Assembly: GCA_964592075.1 (NCBI GenBank)
Contig: CAZQDY010000006.1
Location: forward strand, 3,942-67,941
Length of the DNA: 64,000 bases
From: an uncultured Gaiellales bacterium
Lineage (GTDB): Bacteria; Actinomycetota; Thermoleophilia; RBG-16-64-13
Direction of reading: 5' to 3'
The number at the start of each line of letters is the position of its first letter. The stretch's first letter is position 1. Positions 27,273 through 36,839 of the stretch are shown here, piece by piece. Below the pieces are notes generated by a model. That model did not search any database. It worked only from the letters and a program-made list of their open reading frames with translations, and was not told the origin of the DNA. The translations under genes and the position numbers were made by a program.

Positions 27273-27462
27273 CCCCGGCTCGTGTGGCAAACGGCTGGAA
27301 CCGCGAGCCCCCAAATGGTTAGAATGGTCCTGCGTCCCTGGTGCCACTGCGCCGTGACACCTGCGCGCTATCGGAGGAGATGAAAGGAGGTCCCACCGAG
27401 CATTGGACGGCGGTTGTCCGCACGCTGGGCCGTTGGTTTTGTGTCTCGACAGGAAGGGTTAG

Positions 27463-28791
27463 GTGCTCTCAGCAATGCCAGTATCACGATCACGCCGCGT
27501 CTTTATCTGCAGCGCTCTCGTGGTCCTGCTCGTCCTCGTAGGGCTGCTTGCCGCCGCGTGCGGCGACGAAGAGGAGACGACCACTACCACCGCTGCGTCT
27601 GCGGTCTCCACCACGGAGGCGGCAGTGAACACCACGACCGAGACCGGGCAGACCGGGACCACCGCGGCCCCGGCTCCTGAGGAGTTCGTCTTCGGCATGG
27701 TGTACGTGGGCCCCTACAACGACAACGGTTGGAGCCAGGCCAACTACGAGGGCGGCCTCTACATCGAGGAGAAGATCCCCGGCACCAAGATGGTATACGT
27801 CGACAAGGCCAACACCTCCGACCGGCCCGGCACGACCATCGAGCAATTGGCCGAGGAACTCCTCGCCCAGGGCGCCAAGATGATCTTCTTCACCTCCGAC
27901 GACATGAAGGACGGCGCCATCGCCTTCGCCCAGGCGCACCCCGAGATCCCCGTGGTCCATTCCTCGGGTGACGGCGCTTGGACAGACGGTAAGGACTTCA
28001 AGAACCTTCCGAACCTCACCAACATCATGGGCCGGATGGAGTACGGCAAGATGATCGCCGGCGTCGCCGCGGCCCTCACCACGCAGACCGGCAAGATCGG
28101 CTACCTCGGACCCCTGATCAACGACGAGACCCGCAGGCTCGCCGCCTCGGTGTACCTCGGCGCGAAATACGCTTGGACGGAATACCTCGGCAAGGACCCG
28201 GCCGAACTGAAGTTCACCGTCAACTGGATCGGCTTCTGGTTCAACATCCCGGGTGTCACCGCCGACCCAACGCAGGTGGCGGACACCTTCATCAACCAGG
28301 GCTACGACGTGATCGTCTCGGGCATCGACACCACGGAAGCCTTGGTGGAGGCCGGCAAGGCCGCCGAGGCCGGGCAACAGGTCTGGGCCATCCCCTATGA
28401 CTACGTGGGCTCGCTGGCCGAAGCTCCCGCGGTCGCCCTGGGAGTGCCCTATTTCAACTGGGGCCCGGAATACGTCAAGGCCGTGCAGATGGTGCTCGAC
28501 GGCGAGTGGGAGACCTACTTCACGTGGGTGGCCCCGGATTGGGCCGACATCAACAACCTCGACAGCTCCATGATCGGCTTCGCGAAGGGTGAAGGCCTGT
28601 CAGCCGACGCGTCTGCCAAGGTGGACGAGTTCATCGCGGCTCTGGCCGGCGGTCTCAATCTGTGGGCCGGCCCCTTGAACCTCCAGGATGGTTCGCCATA
28701 TCTGGCCGACGGCGAGGTGGCCACGGATCAACAGGTCTGGTACCTACCCCAGTTGCTCGAGGGGATGGAAGGCGCGAGCGCAGCTGAATAG
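27463..28791 (+). CDS. BMP-family ABC transporter substrate-binding lipoprotein (nucleoside/purine-type)
   Basis: Signal peptide with lipobox LLAAAC; Thr/Glu-rich linker; BMP-family body (…GMVYVGPYNDNGWSQANYEG…). Confidence 0.85.
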   Translation: MLSAMPVSRSRRVFICSALVVLLVLVGLLAAACGDEEETTTTTAASAVSTTEAAVNTTTETGQTGTTAAPAPEEFVFGMVYVGPYNDNGWSQANYEGGLYIEEKIPGTKMVYVDKANTSDRPGTTIEQLAEELLAQGAKMIFFTSDDMKDGAIAFAQAHPEIPVVHSSGDGAWTDGKDFKNLPNLTNIMGRMEYGKMIAGVAAALTTQTGKIGYLGPLINDETRRLAASVYLGAKYAWTEYLGKDPAELKFTVNWIGFWFNIPGVTADPTQVADTFINQGYDVIVSGIDTTEALVEAGKAAEAGQQVWAIPYDYVGSLAEAPAVALGVPYFNWGPEYVKAVQMVLDGEWETYFTWVAPDWADINNLDSSMIGFAKGEGLSADASAKVDEFIAALAGGLNLWAGPLNLQDGSPYLADGEVATDQQVWYLPQLLEGMEGASAAE

Positions 28792-28823
28792 GCACGCAAG
28801 CATCGACCGACTGAGCATCGAAC

Positions 28824-28860
28824 GAAAGGGGAGGCCGGACCGGTCTCCCCTTTCTGCTTC
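28824..28860 (+). terminator. intrinsic terminator/attenuator hairpin after the SBP gene
   Basis: gaaaggggag-gccggaccggt-ctcccctttc followed by tgcttc. Confidence 0.55.
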
Positions 28861-28900
28861 ACCCGTCGTCGTGTCACGCACTGGATAGGCGCCCATCCCG

Positions 28901-30412
28901 GTGGAAGTCAGGCTCTCCGACATCCGCAAGCACTTCGGCCCCGTGAAGGCGAATGACGGCATCACCCTGACGGTGCCCGCGGGGACCATCCAGGGGATCC
29001 TGGGCGAGAACGGCGCGGGCAAGAGCACGCTCATGAAGATCCTGTCCGGTTTCCAACCCGCGGACGGCGGACGGATCCTACTCGACGGACAGAAGGTGGT
29101 CATGCGCTCCCCCGCCGACGCCATCAGGCACGGCGTGGGCATGCTCCACCAAGACCCAATGGACTTCCCGCCCATGAGGGTGGTCGACAATCTGCTGATA
29201 GGCGCGCCGGGCCGTCTGATACCCCGGCGCAGCGAAGCCATGGCCGCTATCGGCGAGCTGGCCGGCTCGCTGGGGCTCTCCATCGATTTGAAGGCGGAGG
29301 TAGGCTCGCTGACCCTTGGCGAACGACAGCAACTCGAGTTGCTCCGGCTGCTGTGGTTGGGAGCCCGCGTGCTGATCCTCGACGAGCCCACCACGGGCAT
29401 CAGCGCGCACCAGCGCCAGGAGCTGTTCGACACGCTCCGCCGCCTTGCAGCCCAGGACAAGACGGTCCTCTTCGTCTCGCACAAGCTGGAGGAGGTCCAG
29501 GAGCTCTGCACCCGCGTGGCGGTCCTGCGCCAGGGCCGCCTGGTCGGGGAGGCGCTCCCACCCTTCCAGGTCGATCGGCTGGTGACCATGATGTTCGAGC
29601 GAGAGGTCTCCCCGGGCGAACGGGCCGAGTGCTCCCCCGGCCCGCCGCTGCTCCGTCTCTCGCGCCTTGGCGCAGAGCACGGCCGCATCCGCTTCGACGG
29701 CCTGAATCTCGAGGTCTGCGCCGGCGAGACCATCGGCCTGGCGGGCATGGAGGGCAGCGGACAGAGCCTGCTGCTCCAGGCCTGCTCGGGACTGACCCCC
29801 GCTATCGCCGGACGCGTGCACCTCTCCGGCGTCGATCTCACCGGCAGGTCGTACCACCACTTCCAGAAGCGCGGCGTGGCCTACGTCCCCGCCACCCGCC
29901 TTGAAGAAGGTCTGGTGCCGGGACTGTCTATCACGGAGCACTTCCTCCTCACCGACAGGAAGCCCGGATTCTTCATAAACAGGGAGAAGGGACGCCGCAT
30001 GGCGGAGGAGCGCATCTCGGAGTTCAACATCAAGGGAGCGCCCGCCAACCCGGTCGAATCGCTCTCCGGCGGAAACCAGCAGCGGGCTCTTCTTGCCCTG
30101 GTCAGGCCCGACGCCAAGCTCATGCTTCTCGAGCAGCCCACCAGAGGACTGGATGTGGAATCGGTCATCTACCTCTGGAGCAAGCTCAAGGAGCGCTGCG
30201 CCCGAGGTGAGGCCATCATCTTCACTTCGAGCGACCTCGACGAACTCTTGCGCTACAGCGATCGCATCCTGGTCTTCTTCGCCGGAAGGGTGTCGGGGCC
30301 CATCGACGCCGCCGGCACAACCGTCGACGAGCTCGGGCAGATGATCGGCGGCGGTTCCATCGACATCGTGGCGGCCGCCTCTGCCGGCGATCCCGAGGCC
30401 GCCCATGTCTGA
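28901..30412 (+). CDS. ABC transporter ATP-binding protein with duplicated NBD (BMP-type uptake system)
   Basis: Two Walker A motifs GENGAGKST and GMEGSGQS; two signature LSGG-like motifs (…LTLGERQQLE… and …LSGGNQQRALLA…). Confidence 0.9.
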   Translation: MEVRLSDIRKHFGPVKANDGITLTVPAGTIQGILGENGAGKSTLMKILSGFQPADGGRILLDGQKVVMRSPADAIRHGVGMLHQDPMDFPPMRVVDNLLIGAPGRLIPRRSEAMAAIGELAGSLGLSIDLKAEVGSLTLGERQQLELLRLLWLGARVLILDEPTTGISAHQRQELFDTLRRLAAQDKTVLFVSHKLEEVQELCTRVAVLRQGRLVGEALPPFQVDRLVTMMFEREVSPGERAECSPGPPLLRLSRLGAEHGRIRFDGLNLEVCAGETIGLAGMEGSGQSLLLQACSGLTPAIAGRVHLSGVDLTGRSYHHFQKRGVAYVPATRLEEGLVPGLSITEHFLLTDRKPGFFINREKGRRMAEERISEFNIKGAPANPVESLSGGNQQRALLALVRPDAKLMLLEQPTRGLDVESVIYLWSKLKERCARGEAIIFTSSDLDELLRYSDRILVFFAGRVSGPIDAAGTTVDELGQMIGGGSIDIVAAASAGDPEAAHV

Positions 30413-31595
30413 CAGCCGCAAAGACGCCGGCCTCCCGCCCGCCGCCGGCCCGACGACGCGCAGGCGCTTCTCCCGGCAGACCTGGATCAACCTCGGTCTG
30501 CAGCTTTGCGCGCTGGTCCTGGCCTTCTTGTTCACCAGCGTCATCCTCCTGGTGGCGGGCGCGCCTCCGTGGCAGGCCTACGTCGAAATCGCCAAGGGAG
30601 CCGCGGAGTCGCTCACCGACGTCTCCAACGTGCTCGTCGCCTGGGTACCCTTGCTGCTGGCCGCGGCCGGGGTGCTCGTGACCTTCGCCGCCGGACTCTG
30701 GAACATCGGCGTAGAGGGCCAGATAGTGCTGGGCGCCGTGCTGACGACGCTGGTGCTGCGATTGCTCCAGGACACGACGTTGCACCCGGCTCTCATCATC
30801 GTGGTGGCCATGATCGCCGGCGTCGTGGGCGGGGCGCTGTGGGCCGCGCTGGCGGGCGTGCTCAAGACCTTCGGCGGAGTCAACGAGATCTTCGGCGGGC
30901 TGGGCCTCAACTTCGTGGCGACGGCCCTGACCCTCTGGCTCATCTTCGGGCCCTGGAAGCGCCCCGGCATCGGCTCCATGAGCGGCACCGAGCCTTTCCC
31001 AGACGAGTTGGGGCTGCCCACGGTGGGCGGGCTGCGGTTGAGTCTGTGGTCGCTCGGGCTCGGCATCGTGGCAGTGATCGTGGTCTACATCCTTCTCGAA
31101 CGGACCCACGTCGGCCTGCGCCTCAAAGCGGTGGGAAGGAACAGACGAGCCGCCTTCCTCCTCGGAGTGCCCACCTGGCAATATGGGATGCTGGCCTTCG
31201 TCATCTGCGGCGCGCTGGCCGGCCTGGCAGGCGGCATCCAGGTGACGGGCGTCTATCACCGGCTGATCCCGTCCATATCGAGCGGGTACGGCTTCCTGGG
31301 CCTGATGATCGGGATGCTGATCCTCTACCGAGCCGTCTGGGTCGCGCCGGTGGCTCTGTTCTTCGCGGCCCTCAACATCGGCAGCATCCAGCTGCCCATC
31401 GTCCTGAAGCTCGACTCGACCCTCTCCGGCGTCCTCCAGGGCGCCTTGGTACTCTTCGTGCTCCTCGTGGAGGGCGCCCGGCAACGGTACCTGCGCCGTG
31501 CCCGCGTCGCCGCGTCATCCGGGCCAGGGGCCCCGCCGCCCGTCTCCGACGTCGGCCCCGGCGCCCCGGCCGACATTCCCGGAGAAGCCTTATGA
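30405..31595 (+). CDS. ABC transporter permease (BMP-type, first)
   Basis: 396 aa multi-TM; overlaps the ATPase stop by 8 nt. Confidence 0.85.
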   Translation: MSDSRKDAGLPPAAGPTTRRRFSRQTWINLGLQLCALVLAFLFTSVILLVAGAPPWQAYVEIAKGAAESLTDVSNVLVAWVPLLLAAAGVLVTFAAGLWNIGVEGQIVLGAVLTTLVLRLLQDTTLHPALIIVVAMIAGVVGGALWAALAGVLKTFGGVNEIFGGLGLNFVATALTLWLIFGPWKRPGIGSMSGTEPFPDELGLPTVGGLRLSLWSLGLGIVAVIVVYILLERTHVGLRLKAVGRNRRAAFLLGVPTWQYGMLAFVICGALAGLAGGIQVTGVYHRLIPSISSGYGFLGLMIGMLILYRAVWVAPVALFFAALNIGSIQLPIVLKLDSTLSGVLQGALVLFVLLVEGARQRYLRRARVAASSGPGAPPPVSDVGPGAPADIPGEAL

Positions 31596-32590
31596 CCGGC
31601 CCCGAGATCGTCATCGGACTGGCAGGGGTGCTGACGACCGCCTCGCCCATCGTGGTGGCGACCATAGGGGAGACGTTCGCCGAGCGCGCCGGCGTTATCA
31701 ACCTCTCGGTCAACGGCACGATCCTGCTGTCGGCCATGGGTAGCTTCGTCGTCGCCCTGAGCACGGGGAGTCTGGTGCTGGGGTTCTTGGCCGGGGCCCT
31801 GATCGGGGCGGTGGTGGCGCTCATCGTGGCCTTCGGCAGCATCACCCTGCGTCAGTCGCAGGTGGCCATCGGTTTCGTGCTCACGCTCTTCTGCAGGGAC
31901 CTCGCCTACTTTCTGGGCAACCCCTTCATGGGCGAGAAGGGGCCCATCCTGAGCGTGCACCCCATACCGCTGCTGAAAGACATCCCCATCCTGGGGGCCA
32001 TGTTCTTCAAGCAGGACATCATGACGTATTTCAGCTTCGTGCTCATCTTGGCGGCCTGGTGGTGGATCTTCCGCACCCGGCCGGGTCTGACGCTGCGGGC
32101 GGTGGGCGAACGCCCCGAGGCGGCGTTCGCCCGGGGAGCCAGGGTCAATCTTATCCGCTGCCTCTATACGGCTCTCGGCGGAGCCCTGGTGGGACTGGCC
32201 GGCCCCATGTTCTCCCTCGGAGTCAAGGCAGGCTGGAAGGGCACCATATCGGGACTCGACGGGCTCGGGTGGATAGTCCTCGCCATCGTGATCTTCGGAG
32301 CGTGGAACCCCGTCCGGGCCGCCCTCGGCGCCTATCTGTTCGGCCTGCTGCAGTGGTTGAGTGTGGTGCTCCAACCCAGCCTGCCGGGCATACCCTCCCA
32401 GGTGCTGCAGGTGGCGCCCTTCCCCCTCATGATCCTCACCTTGCTCCTGGTGAACATCGGCAACGCTGAATGGGTGGAGCGCGTGTTGGCGGCCCTTCCC
32501 GAGCGTCCGCGCAGCGTGGCGGCGCGCATCTTCCGGGCCCTGCGAGTCGTCCAGCCGAGCAGCCTCGGTGTGCCTTTCGAGCGAGACTGA
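31592..32590 (+). CDS. ABC transporter permease (BMP-type, second)
   Basis: ATG 31592 is ATGA-coupled to the previous permease; MTGPEIVIGLAGVLTTASPIVVATIGETFAERAGV…; the 694-aa ORF 30506-32590 is an alternate-frame artefact upstream of this start. Confidence 0.85.
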   Translation: MTGPEIVIGLAGVLTTASPIVVATIGETFAERAGVINLSVNGTILLSAMGSFVVALSTGSLVLGFLAGALIGAVVALIVAFGSITLRQSQVAIGFVLTLFCRDLAYFLGNPFMGEKGPILSVHPIPLLKDIPILGAMFFKQDIMTYFSFVLILAAWWWIFRTRPGLTLRAVGERPEAAFARGARVNLIRCLYTALGGALVGLAGPMFSLGVKAGWKGTISGLDGLGWIVLAIVIFGAWNPVRAALGAYLFGLLQWLSVVLQPSLPGIPSQVLQVAPFPLMILTLLLVNIGNAEWVERVLAALPERPRSVAARIFRALRVVQPSSLGVPFERD

Positions 32591-32750
32591 CCCCAGTCCA
32601 TCGCAGTAGCTTATCCACGAGTATAGGTGAACGCGCTCATTCTAGGCCATTTGGACAGAGTCTGAGCCACACACCCTTGTTACCCTGATGTCGGGCCGTC
32701 GGAGAACCGGCGGCACGAGACCGACCGACAGCAGGGGTGGTGTTCGGACG

Positions 32751-34079
32751 ATGAGACCTATGAGCTTGTTCTGGGGCTGCACCATACCGGCCCGCTTCCC
32801 CTTCATCGAAAAGGCCAGCCGGGTGGTCCTTCGCGACCTCGGAGTGGAGCCCGTGGACGTGGCCGGGTTCACCTGTTGCCCCGAGACCACGCTGGTGAAG
32901 GCCGCGGACGAAGAGACCTACTACCTCACCGCCGCCCGCAACCTGGCCCTGGCCGGGCAGAACGCGCCGCTCCTCACGCCCTGCAACGGCTGCTATTCCA
33001 CCTTCAAGTCGGTCCTCGCCGATCTCAAGGTCGACTGGCGGCTCGAGCAGCGGGTCGACCGGCGCCTGGCCGCCGCCGGCCTGTCTCTTTCCAAGGACGT
33101 GGACGTCAGACATCTGGTGGAGTGGCTGAGCGAGGACCTCGGCCCCGCGGCCCTCAGCAAGCGTCTGGTCAAGCCGCTCTGGGGGATGAAGATCGCCGTG
33201 CACTACGGGTGCCATCTGTTGAGGCCGAGCCCCGCCATCCGGTGGGACAGCCCCACGGCGCCCACCAAGTTCGAGCAACTGGTGAGGGCTCTAGGCGCGA
33301 CCGTGGTCGACTACAAGACCAAGATGGATTGCTGCGGCAACGCGCTCGATAGGGTGGGCGAGCGGCAGGCCGCCATGGACATGATGCAGCGCAAGCTGAC
33401 CGACCTCAACGAGGTGGGGGTCGATGCCCTCGTGGTCTCGTGCCCGTCCTGCTTCCTTCAGTTCGATCTGAACCAGGCCGCCTTCGTTCGCAATTCGGGC
33501 TCGGACGGCCTGCCTGTCTTCTACATCACCGAGCTGATCGCGCTGGCGCTCGGCTACGATCCGGCCGAGCTGGGTCTCGCGATGCATCGGGTCACTCCGG
33601 TTGTCTTCCTCGAGAAATGGGCCGCCAAGCTGGAACAACGCGATGTGCTCGCCCGCTCGTTCAACCTCGCCGAACTCGAGATCTGCGCCGGCTGCCGGGC
33701 CTGCGACGCCGACTGCCCCGTGGCCCTCGCCGAGGAGGACTTCGTACCCTCCACCATCATCGGCCGTCTGCTGGCCGGCGAGGCGGAGGCCGTTCTCGCC
33801 GAGCCTGACCTCTGGCGGTGCACCGACTGCATGACCTGCTTCGAGCGTTGCCACAGCCGTATCGGCATGGCGCAGGTCTTCGAGAAGCTGAGGAGACTCG
33901 CGGGAGAGCGTGGACACCTACCGGCCGCCGTGCGTTCCAGCTACCAGGCCTTCGTCGATAACGGCGTCCTCGGCACGGGGCGCCCGGCTGTGAGGGAGAA
34001 GCTGGGTCTCCCCCCGTTGCCCGTCAACGGCTCCGAGCAACTCAAGAGCATCCTGGCGGAGCCGGGGGCCGAACGATGA
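32751..34079 (+). CDS. HdrB-HdrC-like fusion protein: two CCG (Cys-rich) domains followed by two 4Fe-4S ferredoxin motifs
   Basis: CCG motifs FWGCTIP…FTCCPE…C and HYGCHLLRP…DCCGN…CPSC; C-terminal CAGCRACDADCP and CTDCMTCFERC; stop overlaps the start of the downstream glutamate-synthase amidotransferase gene. Confidence 0.75.
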   Translation: MRPMSLFWGCTIPARFPFIEKASRVVLRDLGVEPVDVAGFTCCPETTLVKAADEETYYLTAARNLALAGQNAPLLTPCNGCYSTFKSVLADLKVDWRLEQRVDRRLAAAGLSLSKDVDVRHLVEWLSEDLGPAALSKRLVKPLWGMKIAVHYGCHLLRPSPAIRWDSPTAPTKFEQLVRALGATVVDYKTKMDCCGNALDRVGERQAAMDMMQRKLTDLNEVGVDALVVSCPSCFLQFDLNQAAFVRNSGSDGLPVFYITELIALALGYDPAELGLAMHRVTPVVFLEKWAAKLEQRDVLARSFNLAELEICAGCRACDADCPVALAEEDFVPSTIIGRLLAGEAEAVLAEPDLWRCTDCMTCFERCHSRIGMAQVFEKLRRLAGERGHLPAAVRSSYQAFVDNGVLGTGRPAVREKLGLPPLPVNGSEQLKSILAEPGAER

Positions 34080-35293
34080 GCCGCCGCGGCGCCCCAGGAC
34101 GAGAGTTCTCCCCCCGCCCCGCCTACCGGGAGGAAGCCGCCCAGCGCATCCTCGGCGGTTGTGGCCTCATCGGCATCTGCGACCAATCAGGCGAACGGAT
34201 GAGCGGGGAGCTCGTGCTGCGCGGCATGGCCTCCATGCACGACCGCGGCAACGGTCTGGGTGGCGGCTTCGCCGGCTACGGCATCTACCCGGAACTGCCG
34301 CACCTCTTCTGCTTCCACCTGCTCTATGACGACGACGTGGCCAAGGAAGACACCGAGTTCTACCTCAAGAAGCACTTCCGAGTGGTCATGGACGAGCCCA
34401 TACCCACGAAGCCCATCCGCGGCATCGAGGACGAGCCCATCCTATGGCGGTACTTCCTCGACATCGGGGAGGAGAGGCTGCACGAGACCCAACTGAGCCC
34501 CGAGGACTACGTGGTCCACGCGGTCATGGACGTCAACAGCTTCATCGACGGAGCCTTCGTCGCCTCGTCGGGCAAGAACATGGGGGCCTTCAAAGGCGTG
34601 GGCTTCCCCGAAGAGATCGGCGAGTTCTTCCGCATCGGCGACTACAGGGGCTGGACCTGGACCGGACACGGCCGTTTCCCCACCAATTCCCCCGGATGGT
34701 GGGGCGGGGCCCATCCGTTCGCTCTGCTCGACTATTCCATCGTCCACAACGGCGAGATCAGCTCCTACGGCATCAACGAGCGCTATCTGGAGATGTTCGG
34801 GTACAGGTGCTCGCTGCAGACCGACACCGAGGTGGTCACCTACCTCTTCGATCTGATGCTCCGCCGGCACGGACTATCCGTGGAGATGGCCTGCAAAGCG
34901 TTGGCCAGTCCCTTCTGGAAGGACATCGACCTCATGCCCGAGGAACAGCGCAGGCTGTTCACCGCGATACGGATGGTCTATGGGTCGGCCCTGCTCAACG
35001 GCCCATTCGCGGTGGTCTTGGGCATGACCGACGGCATGGTCGCTCTGAACGATCGCATCAAGCTACGCCCGCTGGTGGCCGCTCAGCATGGCGAGGTGGT
35101 CTATGTGGCCAGCGAGGAATCGGCGATCCGCGAGGTCTGTCCTCGCCCGGAGCGTAGCTGGATGCCCTTGGCCGGCGAGCCGGTGGTCGCCCGCGTGAGC
35201 GACAAGGGCCGGCAGAAGTCCATCTCCCAGGGCAGGCAGAGCGTCGGACAGAGGCGCGTCGCCCAGAGCGCGACCGCGCCGGGGGTGTTCTGA
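34076..35293 (+). CDS. glutamate synthase, class-II glutamine amidotransferase domain protein (archaeal-type split GOGAT, domain 1)
   Basis: …GGCGLIGICD… N-terminal nucleophile Cys region; …GHGRFPTNSPGWWGGAHPF…HNGEISSYG… typical Ntn amidotransferase; a processed propeptide or alternative start is likely. Confidence 0.8.
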   Translation: MSRRGAPGREFSPRPAYREEAAQRILGGCGLIGICDQSGERMSGELVLRGMASMHDRGNGLGGGFAGYGIYPELPHLFCFHLLYDDDVAKEDTEFYLKKHFRVVMDEPIPTKPIRGIEDEPILWRYFLDIGEERLHETQLSPEDYVVHAVMDVNSFIDGAFVASSGKNMGAFKGVGFPEEIGEFFRIGDYRGWTWTGHGRFPTNSPGWWGGAHPFALLDYSIVHNGEISSYGINERYLEMFGYRCSLQTDTEVVTYLFDLMLRRHGLSVEMACKALASPFWKDIDLMPEEQRRLFTAIRMVYGSALLNGPFAVVLGMTDGMVALNDRIKLRPLVAAQHGEVVYVASEESAIREVCPRPERSWMPLAGEPVVARVSDKGRQKSISQGRQSVGQRRVAQSATAPGVF

Positions 35294-36816
35294 TGGCCTA
35301 CACGACGTTCATCCCCCCGGAGTTCCGGGTGGTCATCGACAGGGAGGCCTGTCAGCAGTGCGGCCGCTGCGCCCAGCAGTGCGGCTGGAACGTCTACACG
35401 TTCGACAGCGAGGAGAGACTGCCGCACCCCGATCACAGCAAGTGCGCGGCTTGCCACCGCTGCGCCACCTTCTGTCCCGCGGGCGCCATAACCATCAAGA
35501 AGAACGACCTGGCGTTCAAACAGTCGGACAGCCTGTCGCCCGACCTGGTGAAGGCCATATGGAGGCAGGCCGAGACGGGGGGCGTGCAGCTCACCGGCAT
35601 GGGCAACGACAAGCCCTACCTGCGCGTCTTCGACCACCTCTTGCTGGACGCGTGCCAGGTGACCAACCCCTCCATCGACCCCCTGCGGGAGCCCATGGAG
35701 ATGCGGACCTTCCTGGGCCGCAAACCCGACTTTCTGGAAGTGGCCGAGAGCGGGCGCGCGGGTGGCGATCCCCGGCTTCTCACCGAGCTGGACCGGCAAC
35801 TGCAACTGGAAACTCCCATCATGTTCGGGGGCATGAGCTACGGCTCTGTGTCGCTGAGCGTGCACCGCTCCCTGGCCATGGCCGCGGCCGAGCTGGGCAC
35901 CTTCATGAATACCGGCGAGGGCGGACTGCATTCCGACCTGGAACCGTATCAGGATCACATCATCGTGCAGTGCGCTTCGGGCCGCTTCGGAGTGGATTCC
36001 GGCTACCTGCGGGCCGGCGCCGCCGTCGAGATCAAAATCGGTCAAGGAGCGAAGCCCGGCATCGGCGGGCACTTGCCCGGGGAGAAGATCGACTACCAGG
36101 TCTCGATCACCCGCATGATCCCCCAGGGCACCGACGCCCTCTCCCCCGCGCCGCATCACGACATCTACTCCATCGAGGACCTACGGCAGCTCATCTATGC
36201 TCTCAAGGAGGCCACCGGGTACAAGCCCGTCTCGGTGAAGATCGCCTGCGTGCACAACGTGGCCGCCATCGCCTCAGGCGTGGTCAGGGCGGGCGCCGAC
36301 ATCATCTACCTCGACGGTTTCCGCGGCGGCACCGGGGCCTCTCCCACCATCATCCGCGACCATGTGGGCCTCCCCGTCGAGATCGGCATCGCCACGGTCG
36401 ACCAGCGTTTGCGCGACGAGGGCATCCGCAACCGCGCCTCCATCGTGGCGGCCGGCGGCATCCGCGGCTCGGCCGACGTGGTCAAGGCCATCGCTCTGGG
36501 AGCAGACGCCTGCGCCATCGGGACGGCGGCCCTCGTGGCTCTGGGTTGCCATGTCTGTCAGAAGTGCCACACCGGCTGCTGCTCCTGGGGCATCTGCACG
36601 CAGCGGCCGGAGCTGACCCGGCGCCTGGACCCGGAGTGGGGAGCTTCGCAACTCGTCAACCTGGTGCGCGCCTGGACCCACGAGATGGCCGAGGTGCTCG
36701 GCGCCCTGGGCGTGAACGCCATCGAGAGCCTGCGCGGCAGCCGCGAGCGGCTGCGCGGCTTGGGCCTGGACAAGACCACTCTCGACATCCTGGGCGTGAA
36801 GCCGGCCGGCCTGTGA
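35293..36816 (+). CDS. glutamate synthase FMN-binding domain protein with N-terminal 2x[4Fe-4S] ferredoxin domain (archaeal-type GOGAT, domain 2)
   Basis: CQQCGRCAQQC and CAACHRCATFCP motifs; FMN/Fe-S core …GEGGLHSD…KIGQGAKPGIGGHLPGEKI…; 3Fe-4S-type Cys cluster CHVCQKCHTGCCSWGIC; ATGA-coupled to the upstream gene. Confidence 0.9.
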   Translation: MAYTTFIPPEFRVVIDREACQQCGRCAQQCGWNVYTFDSEERLPHPDHSKCAACHRCATFCPAGAITIKKNDLAFKQSDSLSPDLVKAIWRQAETGGVQLTGMGNDKPYLRVFDHLLLDACQVTNPSIDPLREPMEMRTFLGRKPDFLEVAESGRAGGDPRLLTELDRQLQLETPIMFGGMSYGSVSLSVHRSLAMAAAELGTFMNTGEGGLHSDLEPYQDHIIVQCASGRFGVDSGYLRAGAAVEIKIGQGAKPGIGGHLPGEKIDYQVSITRMIPQGTDALSPAPHHDIYSIEDLRQLIYALKEATGYKPVSVKIACVHNVAAIASGVVRAGADIIYLDGFRGGTGASPTIIRDHVGLPVEIGIATVDQRLRDEGIRNRASIVAAGGIRGSADVVKAIALGADACAIGTAALVALGCHVCQKCHTGCCSWGICTQRPELTRRLDPEWGASQLVNLVRAWTHEMAEVLGALGVNAIESLRGSRERLRGLGLDKTTLDILGVKPAGL

Positions 36817-36839
36817 ACAGCCGACGCGAGGAGCAGGTG

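Noticed and set aside
27341-27541. 66-aa ORF with a good SD (aaaggagg) upstream of the BMP lipoprotein gene
   Set aside because: No recognisable fold and the frame runs into the lipoprotein signal-peptide region; more likely the SD belongs to the lipoprotein gene or the region is 5' UTR. Kept only as a note that the true lipoprotein start (MPVSRSRR…) is a few codons inside the tracked ORF.
30506-32590. 694-aa ORF spanning both permease genes in another frame (similar cases: 35358-37712, 784 aa; 49093-50745, 550 aa minus strand; 20026-21225, 399 aa; 16236-16838, RG-rich)
   Set aside because: Arg/Pro/Gly-rich low-complexity translations typical of off-frame reading in roughly 70% GC DNA; they overlap well-supported genes whose translations carry clear family motifs, and their 3' ends merely borrow the real gene frame.
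32590-32751. Candidate GlnR/TnrA/NtcA/NrpR boxes upstream of the hdrBC-like/GOGAT operon
   Set aside because: The lower-GC 160-bp region contains partial dyads (cagagtctg, gttaccctgatgtcgg) but none fits a known nitrogen-regulator consensus, and none matches the ATTGCC-N7-GGCAAT element at amtB; left unannotated.
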